A DNA stretch of 62,342 bases, the filler included, from Babesia bigemina (lineage: Eukaryota), in NCBI RefSeq assembly GCF_000981445.1. It is 14 parts of 14 records of this genome, joined end to end, with 100 filler letters (N's around TTAATTAATTAA, not from the genome) between each part and the next. Parts side by side here need not be neighbours in the genome. Positions count along the whole stretch, not along the records: positions 30,242 to 41,750 come from NW_012236939.1; positions 41,851 to 53,943 come from NW_012236940.1; 12 more parts are not named here. One strand, 5' to 3'. Below are positions 33,371-43,225 of the stretch, piece by piece. Every line of letters starts with the position of its first letter. Positions within the stretch are counted from its first letter, which is position 1. The position numbers and the translations under genes were made by a program. The notes beneath the pieces were generated by a model, which had not been told where the DNA came from, made no database searches, and saw only the letters and a program-made list of their open reading frames with translations.

Positions 33371-33814
33371 TTAGCTGCGCAGTAGATACCGCACCCTGTG
33401 GAACGGCCGGATGCGGAAGTATATCATGGCGCAGATGACGACGATGACGAGGGCGATAGGTGCGATGATGTAAGGCGCGGGGGAACCGGTGGTAGGCGGT
33501 TGAATGACGGCTTGATGCTCAGCTGTGCGGGAAGAAGAGGAACCGGAGTCAAGGGCGGCACTGGGAGTTAAAGAGAGACGGGAAGGGTAGAGGACTATGC
33601 GTTTCTCGACACAACAGTTACATAGACAGTCGCTGTAACACTCTTTACATCTCGAATGATCGCACTGCTCCTGTCCATTCTTGCGCAAATAGGAGAAGTG
33701 GATACATTGAAGACACCGTGCTATACATCCTTTACAACACCAAGAACAGCAATTACACACTACCTCTTCTTTGCATTGCTTATTACACTTGTAACACCGC
33801 TCCCCTTTCCCCAT
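33371..33814 (-). CDS. Small 18-Cys hypervariable single-TM protein, copy 2 (147 aa)
   Basis: Same scaffold, start context and YFRIRPFHRVRYLLRS tail. Confidence 0.85.
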   Translation of the reverse strand: MGKGERCYKCNKQCKEEVVCNCCSWCCKGCIARCLQCIHFSYLRKNGQEQCDHSRCKECYSDCLCNCCVEKRIVLYPSRLSLTPSAALDSGSSSSRTAEHQAVIQPPTTGSPAPYIIAPIALVIVVICAMIYFRIRPFHRVRYLLRS

Positions 33815-33924
33815 CTTCCCGCTCCCCTCCCAGTCCCCTCAGCCTGCGAACATATCAATCACCTATCAACGCACTCACCAACTGCAACACGTACCACTGC
33901 CGCTCCCAGTCCCCTCACCAACGC

Positions 33925-34412
33925 ACTCACCGCTGTATCCCCCCAGCCCGGGCCACCGACACCCGCACTGCCCGGGATACCACAGCTGCCCTGACGCGAC
34001 GCATGTCATCAGCACCAACTGTCACTTTAAATTATTCACTATTCGCAACGCCATAAAAATTGCAGCGAGCCACGTGCGCTCAACTCCCACAGTGCAGCAG
34101 CACCGTGCTACGAGCCGCGGTATCGGCGCCATACTGGCGGAGTGTGTCGGCTACGTGCCTAAATGTTATATTAACGATCGCTACATTGCCGCCTATAAAT
34201 GCTACTTAACTAGGCCAACGCGGATTACGCCACCCTGCCAGCGACTCGCAACACACGGCTTACGTCACCCGCCGCGGCCCTCACGGCCGCCTACGTTAGC
34301 GACCAATCACCCAGCCTCACGTGACACTCACTCAATGGGTAACGCGTACACCTCTCACAGTCAACGCACAACTCAACGCCACAACACCTACCAAATTACG
34401 GTTCATCCGCCA
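33925..34412 (-). promoter_or_regulatory. Conserved ~500-bp element, copy 2 (followed by only ~1.5 units of the 75-bp repeat, 33820-33925)
   Basis: High similarity to 16826-17330. Confidence 0.6.
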
Positions 34413-34840
34413 GCTTAGCACTTTGCCTGAGTGCTAGGTTAGCACTTTGCCTGGGTGCCAGCTTACCACTTTGCCTGGGTGCTAGGTCACCACTTTGCCT
34501 GAGTGCTAGCTTAGCACTTTGGTCATGGCATTGGTCAACACGTTGCCTGGTTGCCAGCTTAGCACTTTGCCTGGATGCTAGCTTAGCACTTAGCCTGGGT
34601 GCTAGGTCAACACTTAGCCTGGGTGCCAGCTTAGCACTTAGCCTGGTTGCTAGGTTAACACTTCGCCTGTGTGCCAGCTTAGCACGTTGCCTGGTTGCTA
34701 GGTTACTACTTTGCCTGGTTGCCAGCTTAGCACTTTCCCCGGTTGCCAGCTTATCACTTAGCTTGCGTGCTACCTTATCACTTTGCCTGGGTGCTAGGTT
34801 AGCACTTTACCTGCGTGCTAGGTCAACACGTTGCTTGGTC
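34412..34840 (-). repeat. 24-bp tandem repeat
   Basis: Direct inspection. Confidence 0.95.
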
Positions 34841-34979
34841 GTTTAGTCATCACCTAATCTAGGTGTTATTTAGTTCACAGGTTGCCGCTAGAGTAATTCG
34901 ACACATTAGACTACGTTTGTCGGTTAGGTGAGTAGGTGAGATGTTACGTGAGTTGTGTGAATGACAAATGTGACGATGA

Positions 34980-37900
34980 TTACGGTTGTAGATACGATAT
35001 TTTGGCAAGCCTTCCGACTTGCGCTGCCGCCAACAGCGATTGCGCCGTTATCCTGTGCGATGATGGTGATCGTAAGTGCGATTTGATGTGCAGCACATCC
35101 AGTCTGCCAACCATCACGCAGATGAGGTAGAAGAGGGAGAGTGACCAGAGCGCTAGGGTCATCCACAGGAATGGTGCGCGGATGGTGAACATGAAATTAT
35201 CAATGGCTTTGAAGAACTGCACAAGATGTGAGTCTTTCTCAAATGCCTCCTTAAATACATTACAGAAATCTCTGCACGTGCGTTTCGTATGCGATTGTCC
35301 ATCCCTGTTCAGCCTCTCTGGATCGCCGAGAACAAAGCCGTATTTTGCCAATGTCGGCAGCGTTGAATTGCACTTTACAATGGATTTGCATTTGGGATCG
35401 TGATATCGTGGCGGTTGATACGTCGTTGATGTAGTTGGACACTCCTTGACGCACGCTTTTTGATGACAATTCGATCCCCTGGCACCGCATTTGGAGTTGC
35501 ACTCATCGTACAACTTTTTAAGCAGATCGTAGAACGATGCCGTCAGATAGACAATCCACGACAAATACTTATCGGCGTGTTTTGCTGAGAACGTCTCGTA
35601 GATGGCGTGACCGATGGGCCGCAGATAAGGACCGCATACGACGGCGTCCCGTGATAAGCATACGAGACTGGCCAGGCTACCAGCGGCATGCCCCTTCCAC
35701 GCTGCTGAGTGACTAGCGGAAAATAAGTGGTAGACGTTCAAATCATTATACTGACGCCCGAAATTGGCTGCGTTAACTTTCTCATTAAATGCCCGTTGTT
35801 TATGCGCTTGACCATACATACCCCAGCGATCGGTGAGGTGATAGTAGAAGCTGAACATGTCCGCCAGCGTTTTCGGCGCACTAGGCAGAAGGCAGTTGAG
35901 GTAACTGCACAGTCTAGTGAGCGGCGAATTTGGACGGCCACAGAAATACACAAGCACATCGCATATATCCCGGCCAATCATCGTATGCGACGCGATGGCG
36001 CTGATGTCGGCGAAGCCCATTGGAGTTCGGCACGGCATACCAGGTGAATTACCACAAGTGCCACATGACAGACTGGATCCCCTAGCCGTAACCGAATGCG
36101 GCAGGTGGCCTTTCAGACCGTCCTCCAAGAACGATTGCAGTGGCGACTTGACGCCGCAGCTGGGATATTGCTCACCCGTTTGGTTGCCACTTTGGTCATG
36201 CCTTTGGTCACAGTCTTGCTTAGGGCATTGCTTCGTGTTGCACTGCCAGCCCGACCCACCGATGTACCTGCCGTAGTGGCAGTCCCTCCAGCCGCTGAGC
36301 TGTGCGTTGTACTTACACTGCTGCAGCAGGAAGTACAGCTGGTGGTAGAGGCGCTTAAGCAGGTCGAACAACGTGCACAACAGTTGAATCATGTTGGTAG
36401 GGTAATCTAATTTCAGCGAGTTGTCGGAGAAATCACACGCGTAGATTCCGTCCTTGTGACCGTGGCCTAGGATAGCGGTGAGGACGGCGTGGGAGTTGGC
36501 AGACACTTTGTAGAGCGCTTCGTCGATATGCGTGTGTTCAAAGTCAGACGGGTGCGTATCGAAGGGCTGCAGTATCTTCTCACCCGGACGTTGCTTGTCC
36601 TCCTTCATGAACTCGGACTCAATGTGCTTCTTCAGCTTGCCGTACACGGGGTTGAACTGCAGGCCGTTGCACCAGACAAGAATTTCGTAAACGGAGCATG
36701 GAGCCCTGGGTTTGTCAACACGAGTAAGGTGGCATACAGCGAAGTACGTCTGCAGGAAATCATAGAGTTTTCGGATGAGACCACTCTCCTCCGCGATGGT
36801 TACATCAAGCTCGTCCGACCCGGATGTGGATGAAGGAATGCCGGTGACGGGAGATGACAGATGACTGAACAAATTATGCGTCTCGTTGGTAAGGTGTTCG
36901 AGAATGCTGCTACCATTAAAATCAGTTTTGTGATTCAGCTCGCCATGCTCAGCGTTCTCAGGACGATGGACGTCATACCCGTTGTCGCGGAAGAAGAGAG
37001 CGCGGAGGCTGGAGGTGCCGTCAGCTGGGTGATATATTTTGTGGCCATCCCAACCGCTGTATTCGAGTCTATTCTTGAGTTCAGTTAGAGCGTCGTATAA
37101 GATGGGCGTGATGGTCCAACAGATTTTGGCGTAGTTTCTTCTTTCCGCCTCGGTGAGTTTCTCCCATTCGATGGTCCTCAAAGAATACGTTGAAACGTAG
37201 GCTTTTTTGAGCTCCTCGACGAGAGGGGTGAAGCCTGCTTTTAGAGCATTGAGGAGTGAGGGGCACTTGGCTGCGCCGTAGGTAGAGGGCTTGAAGGCGG
37301 TAACAGATTCATTAAGGTTACTCAGGTTCTTGGTGAAGACATGATCGAAGTGCAGTGATTGTGCTAGGACAGTGAGTAAGTTTGTCACTGCGTTGTACGA
37401 AGGCTTGATTTTGGAGGAGTCAGACTCGACATCAGTTTGATTCTGCAGATTAAGGAGGAATGATTTAAAGGCGCCGTGTGATATCGATGCCGCCTCTCTT
37501 AATGGTGACGTTACAGCTGTGAAGGTGTTGGGATTGACATCTTCAATCTGCTCTACCCTCGCAATAAACTTCCCCGCCAGCCTGTTCATGAACCCCTTGT
37601 AACCGATGTCCAGATCGTCGGTGATTTCCTTAGGTAGAGGCTCCAACTCCTTCTCGGCTTTCTCCGCGAACTCTAGCAGAATGGCCTTCACCGAAGTGAC
37701 GTAGTTCTTGTTGACCTGGGTGATCAGAGTGTTCTGAGCTTCGTCGACGTTGGAGCTTACTACTTTGCCAATCGATGCGATTGTCGCCTGGGCTGTTGGA
37801 CCGGCGCTGGTGAGGAAGTTTTCAGCCTCTTTGATGGCCGCGCTTAAATCAATCAATCGCAGGTCGTTGAGTTTGTTTTTGACGTATTCAAGTTGCCCCT

Positions 37901-40349
37901 TTATGGTCTCCGTTTTAATTGTGTCCAGGTTCCACTTCGCGTTGGAGGCTTCGTCTTTAAGGATCTTACATAGCTCACTGAGCGTGGACTTGACGCTTTC
38001 TATATCCTCATTAGCATATCTATTGTAATCGTCAATTGACGTTAGAGCGTTTTTTACATCATCTCGTATTTTTTTAATTGCCTCTGGCAGGGTGCCTGCT
38101 AACTTATTTGGATCTCGATCCGCGACTGCCAAACTTTCTGGCCTTTGGTCAACTTGCAACTTATATTTTCCAAAAATCGTTATATCCGTATCTTGAAGGT
38201 TAACTTTATCTGCACCAAGATATCCCGGAAACTGCTGCTCAAGCGTATTTGTTACTCCTCTGATTGCAGTGTCGACGTCAGCCGCAAGGTTATTCGTTTT
38301 TCCAGATGAACCAACAGGTTGCCCAAGCGCTGCTTTTAGCTTATCGAATAACAGATTCACTTTACTGTGAGCGTCATCGATTTTGGCTGCGATACTGTTC
38401 TTTGAGCCGTTTGGCCTTTGCTTGAGAGCAAAGGAGTGCAACTCTTTTGCGGCTTGCTTGGCTCTGGAAGACATCGCTGATAGCGTTATCAAAATGGCGA
38501 GGTGGAGATTCGTGTTGTCGTACGGCGGAAATGATTGCGGCTTGGATTTATTCACTAAGACAGCCTCAATGGATTGAACGGTATTGTTGAAAAGCGAATT
38601 AAGGTTTCTATCAAGTTCGCTGGCAAATTGCATTATACGTGAGTGTATATTTTGGAGATTCTCGTGAACGTTCTCCGCTGAAGGCAGGTTGACACTTGTA
38701 GCCGTGTTGATTGTATCATCTAGATGCGCAGTAAGTTTTTCTTTAACGGTTGTATTTATACCATCAATCCCATGTTTGTGGAGATTGGTGTCATTGAATT
38801 TATCTCTGTTTTCCCGCACATATTGCAATATATAGCTTTTGTATGTGTGATCCTCTTTCAATATATCGGATACCCACTCACCGACCGTATCCCTAAATCC
38901 ATTGCCGTACTGGTAAACATATCCGCTTACTCCTCTTTCAATACCATTCAGACCTGCGCCATCCCTTCCGCCTCCCTTGATTGCCCCAACTTTATTTCGA
39001 AGTTCTGTTATGATATCTTCAACACTTTTATGCTGTTCGCCTGCTACTCGGCCGGCACTAGAATCTTTAGGGAAATTATTCCCAAGCTCCTTAATATTTG
39101 TATCAACCTTATCGACTGCTTCCTTAATGGCCTTCTTCACCTTAAACAAATCCGCTTTCAGCTCACCGTCCATCGTTATGACAGCTCTAAGCGCTGCCGT
39201 GACTTCCGTTTGAACTTTTCGTTTAGCATCATCTCCTGCGCTGTGGAGCACTAATACTGCAGCTTTCAACTGCTCCACGACGCTATGCATTCTATACGTC
39301 TTCGTGCTGGAATCCTTCTCATTCGATTCCGCCAATACTTTATTCACCTTTTCCAGCGCCACATTCACATAGCTCTCCGCCTTCTTCATACACGCTTCTA
39401 GCTGCTTAACGTATTTTTCCAGATCTGTGCTTATCTCCCTCAGCTTCTTCAAAATTTTCTGCACCCTCAATTTCAAATCATTAACTAATTTATCTATATC
39501 GTCACCCACCTGCTTGTTTATGCAGCTCTTCAAATTGCGGAAACTTGTCTTAATCTTCTCCGTCGTCTCCTTCAACTCAGCGTCTTTCCGCTTGTGCACG
39601 CTGGCCAGCCGCTGGCTCTCGTACTCAACAAGCTTACGAACATGCAACACTTTGTCACGCAACTTATCATTAAGGTCATAAATGTTTTTTTTCATCTTAG
39701 TGTTGTTATTTGCCTTGGGGTCCAGGAATTCCGCGCACCTCTTGCTCCTATCTGTGGCCTCCTTCAGCCGGTCGCCGCAGGACCTTACGGCGTCGGCCAG
39801 CTGTGGATCCAGATCATGTTTGTCAACCTGAATCTTATTAATGCTAGTAATCAACTCACCTCCATTTTTCTTGGTGTAGTCGAGCAGTTTTTTAAGCGGC
39901 TCAATCACTGCTTCATTAGAAGACTTTACATTACCATTATACCCCCGCACCCCTGCGACCACCTTTTCAATCGCAACACTAAAACCTTTTTTGCCAAGGT
40001 GTTTATTGGCCTCAAGTGACTTAATAGCTTCTGTAATTTGCTCTTTATGCTGCCCTAAATGGCCATGGATGTTACTAAGCACACCACTCAAAAATCCCAT
40101 CACCCCGTCACACAGCCTGTCCAAGTCAGAGTACACAATCCCCTGGCCGTCGTAGCCTTTGGAGGCAGAGTCGAAGCCGAGGAAGGTTTCGAGGCCAGAG
40201 CAGAGGTTAGTAAGGATGTTAGTAGGGTTGTTATTTGAGGTGATTTTAAGGTTCAAAATTTCATCAAATTTCTTGTCAAGCTCCCTAGGCGGTACATGGT
40301 CAGGGCAGTGGCAGAGGTGGAAGGAGGGAAGTGAAGGGTGACCAGGCAC
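34980..40349 (-). CDS. ves1: Long VESA1-family gene (1789 codons, tail type B); first in-frame ATG at 40100
   Basis: Same domain order and conserved blocks as 24037-29562. Confidence 0.9.
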   Translation of the reverse strand: MPGHPSLPSFHLCHCPDHVPPRELDKKFDEILNLKITSNNNPTNILTNLCSGLETFLGFDSASKGYDGQGIVYSDLDRLCDGVMGFLSGVLSNIHGHLGQHKEQITEAIKSLEANKHLGKKGFSVAIEKVVAGVRGYNGNVKSSNEAVIEPLKKLLDYTKKNGGELITSINKIQVDKHDLDPQLADAVRSCGDRLKEATDRSKRCAEFLDPKANNNTKMKKNIYDLNDKLRDKVLHVRKLVEYESQRLASVHKRKDAELKETTEKIKTSFRNLKSCINKQVGDDIDKLVNDLKLRVQKILKKLREISTDLEKYVKQLEACMKKAESYVNVALEKVNKVLAESNEKDSSTKTYRMHSVVEQLKAAVLVLHSAGDDAKRKVQTEVTAALRAVITMDGELKADLFKVKKAIKEAVDKVDTNIKELGNNFPKDSSAGRVAGEQHKSVEDIITELRNKVGAIKGGGRDGAGLNGIERGVSGYVYQYGNGFRDTVGEWVSDILKEDHTYKSYILQYVRENRDKFNDTNLHKHGIDGINTTVKEKLTAHLDDTINTATSVNLPSAENVHENLQNIHSRIMQFASELDRNLNSLFNNTVQSIEAVLVNKSKPQSFPPYDNTNLHLAILITLSAMSSRAKQAAKELHSFALKQRPNGSKNSIAAKIDDAHSKVNLLFDKLKAALGQPVGSSGKTNNLAADVDTAIRGVTNTLEQQFPGYLGADKVNLQDTDITIFGKYKLQVDQRPESLAVADRDPNKLAGTLPEAIKKIRDDVKNALTSIDDYNRYANEDIESVKSTLSELCKILKDEASNAKWNLDTIKTETIKGQLEYVKNKLNDLRLIDLSAAIKEAENFLTSAGPTAQATIASIGKVVSSNVDEAQNTLITQVNKNYVTSVKAILLEFAEKAEKELEPLPKEITDDLDIGYKGFMNRLAGKFIARVEQIEDVNPNTFTAVTSPLREAASISHGAFKSFLLNLQNQTDVESDSSKIKPSYNAVTNLLTVLAQSLHFDHVFTKNLSNLNESVTAFKPSTYGAAKCPSLLNALKAGFTPLVEELKKAYVSTYSLRTIEWEKLTEAERRNYAKICWTITPILYDALTELKNRLEYSGWDGHKIYHPADGTSSLRALFFRDNGYDVHRPENAEHGELNHKTDFNGSSILEHLTNETHNLFSHLSSPVTGIPSSTSGSDELDVTIAEESGLIRKLYDFLQTYFAVCHLTRVDKPRAPCSVYEILVWCNGLQFNPVYGKLKKHIESEFMKEDKQRPGEKILQPFDTHPSDFEHTHIDEALYKVSANSHAVLTAILGHGHKDGIYACDFSDNSLKLDYPTNMIQLLCTLFDLLKRLYHQLYFLLQQCKYNAQLSGWRDCHYGRYIGGSGWQCNTKQCPKQDCDQRHDQSGNQTGEQYPSCGVKSPLQSFLEDGLKGHLPHSVTARGSSLSCGTCGNSPGMPCRTPMGFADISAIASHTMIGRDICDVLVYFCGRPNSPLTRLCSYLNCLLPSAPKTLADMFSFYYHLTDRWGMYGQAHKQRAFNEKVNAANFGRQYNDLNVYHLFSASHSAAWKGHAAGSLASLVCLSRDAVVCGPYLRPIGHAIYETFSAKHADKYLSWIVYLTASFYDLLKKLYDECNSKCGARGSNCHQKACVKECPTTSTTYQPPRYHDPKCKSIVKCNSTLPTLAKYGFVLGDPERLNRDGQSHTKRTCRDFCNVFKEAFEKDSHLVQFFKAIDNFMFTIRAPFLWMTLALWSLSLFYLICVMVGRLDVLHIKSHLRSPSSHRITAQSLLAAAQVGRLAKISYLQP

Positions 40350-40404
40350 AAGTTATTATAATGGTGTAAGAAGGTCATAGCGGTATTATGGCAAGGTAAT
40401 TCGA

Positions 40405-42286
40405 GGGATGTAGAGTGGGTTAAGGGGCGATGTAGAGTGGATAAAGGGGCGATGTAGAGTGGATAAAGGGGCGATGTGGAGTTGATAAAGGGGCGATGTA
40501 GAGTGGGTTAGGGAGCGATGTAGAGTGGGTTAAAAGGCGATGTGAAGTGGATAAAGGGGCGATGTAGAGTGGGTAAAGGGGCGATGTAGAGTGGATAAAG
40601 GGGCGATGTAGAGTGGATAAAGGAGCGATGTAGAGTGGGTAAAGGAGCGATGTAGAGTGGATAAAGGGGCGATGTAGAGTGGATAAAGGGGCGATGTAGA
40701 GTGGAGTAAGGGGCGATGTAGAGTGGGTTAAGGGGCGATGTAGAGTGGATAAAGGAGCGATGTAGAGTGGAGTAAGGGGCGATGTAGAGTGGATAAAGGG
40801 GCGATGTAGAGTGGGTAAAGAGGCGATGTGGAGTGGATTAGGAGCGATGTAGAGTGGGTTAAGGGGCGATGTAGAGTGGATTAAGGGGCGATGTAGAGTG
40901 GATAAGGGGCGATGTAGAGTGGGTTAAGGGGCGATGTAGAGTGGATTAAGGGGCGATGTAGAGTGGATAAGGGGCGATGTAGAGTGGGTTAGGGAGCGAT
41001 GTAGAGTGGGTTAAGGGGCGATGTAGAGTGGACTAAAAGGCGATGTAGAGTGGATTAGGGAGCGATGTAGACACGGTTAAGGAGCGATGTGGAGTGAGTT
41101 AGGGGGCGATGTGGAGTGGAAAAAGGAGCGATGTAGAGTGGGTAAAGGGGCGATGAAGGGAGGTTAAGGAGCGATGGAGAGTGGGTTAGGGAGCGATGTA
41201 GAGTGGGTTAAGGGGCGATGAAGGGTGGGTTAGGGAGCGATGTAGAGTGGGTAAAGGGGCGATGTAGAGTGGGTCAAGGGGCGATGTGGAGTGGGTTAAG
41301 GGGCGATGTAAAGTGGGTTAAGGGGCGATGTAGAGTATGTTAGGGGCGATGTAGAGTGGGTTAGGGAGCGATGTAGAGTGGGTAAGGAGCGATGTAGAGT
41401 GGATAAAGGAGCGATGTAGAGTGGATAAAGGAGCGATGTAGAGTGGGTAAAGGGGCGATGTAGAGTGAGTAAAGGAGCGATGTAGAGTGGGTTAGGGAGC
41501 GATGTAGAGTGGTCAAAGGGGCGATGTAGAGTGGATAAGGGAGCGATGTAGAGTGGGTTAGGGAGCGATGTGGAGTGGGTTAAGGAGCGATGTAGAGTGG
41601 ATTAGGGAGCGATGTAGAGTGGATTAGGGAGCGATGTAAGGTGGGTTAGGGAGCGATGTAGGGAGGGTAAAGGAGCGATGTAGGGAGGGTAAATAGGCGA
41701 TGTAGAGTGGGTTAGGGAGCGATGTGGAGTGGGTTAAGGGGCGATGTAGANNNNNNNNNNNNNNNNNNNNNNNNNNNNNNNNNNNNNNNNNNNNTTAATT
41801 AATTAANNNNNNNNNNNNNNNNNNNNNNNNNNNNNNNNNNNNNNNNNNNNGGGGCGATGTAGAGTGGGTTAAGGGAGCGATGTAGAGTGGATAAGGGGCG
41901 ATGTAGAGTGGGTTAAGGGGCGATGTAGAGTGGGTAAGGGAGCGATGTAGAGTGGATAAGGGGCGATGTAGAGTGGGTTAAGGGAGCGATGTAGAGTGGA
42001 TAAGGGGCGATGTAGAGTGGATTAGGGAGCGATGTAGAGTGGATAAAGGGGCGATGTAGAGTGGGTTAAGGGGCGATGTGGAGTGGATAAAGGGGCGATG
42101 TAGAGTGGGTTAGGGAGCGATGTAGGGTGGATAAAGGAGCGATGTAGAGTGGGTTAGGGAGCGATGTAGGGTGGTTAAAGGAGGGATGTAGAGTGGGTAA
42201 AGGGGCGATGTAGAGTGGACAAAGGGGCGATGTAGAGTGGGTTAAGGAACGATGTAGAGTGGATAAAGGGGCGATGTAGAGTGGAG
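40405..42286. repeat. 23-bp G-rich arrays (40405-41750 and 41851-42286, separated by a linker)
   Basis: Direct inspection. Confidence 0.98.
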
Positions 42287-42317
42287 AATAATTACCACTT
42301 AGGTCAGGTGCTTGGTC

Positions 42318-43108
42318 ACCATGTCATAGCTGCCGTAACCATGTCATCGCTGCCGTGCCCATGTCATCGCTGCCGTGACCATGTCATCGCTGCCGTGACC
42401 ATGTCATCGCTGCCGTAACCATGTCATCGCTGCCGTGACCATCTCACCGCTGCCGTGAGCATGTCATCACTACCGTCACCATGTCATCGCTGCCGTTACC
42501 ATGACATCGCTGCCGTGACCATCTCACCGCTGCCGTTACCATGTCATCGCTGCCGTAACCATGTCATCGCTGCCGTGACCATGTCATCGCTGCCGTGACC
42601 ATCTCATCGCTGCCGTGTCCATGTCATCGCTGCCGTAACCATGTCATCGCTGCCGTGACCATCTCATCGCTGCCGTGACCATATCATCGCTGCCGTGACC
42701 ATGTCATCGCTGCCGTGTCCATGTCATCGCTGCTGTGTCCATGTCATCGCTGCCGTAACCATGTCATCGCTGCTGTGTCCATGTCATCGCTGCCGTAACC
42801 ATGTCATCGCTGCCGTGACCATGTCATCGCTGCCGTAACCATGTCATCGCTGCCGTGTCCATGTCATCGCTGCCGTAACCATGTCATCGCTACCGTGACC
42901 ATGTCATCGCTACCGTGACCATGTCATCGCTGCCGTGACATCAACTTGGTCAGCACGTTTGTCAGCACTTTGGTCAGCACTTTGGTCAGCACCTTGGTCA
43001 GCACTTTGGTCAGGTGGTTGGTCAGCACATTGGTCAGCACTTTGGTCAGGTGGTTGGTCAGCACATTGGTCAGCACTTTGGTCAGCATCTTGATAAGCAC
43101 TTTAGTTA
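42318..43108. repeat. 20-bp repeat (42318-42940) followed by 12-bp repeat (42946-43108)
   Basis: Direct inspection. Confidence 0.95.
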
Positions 43109-43225
43109 ACTACTACACAATCACATACAACGATTAGTGAGTGATACAATAGATTAGACAACAATTCATAAGTTAGGTGAGTAGGTGATGCTAAGTGAGT
43201 GTAGAAGGTAAACACGTGAGTACGA

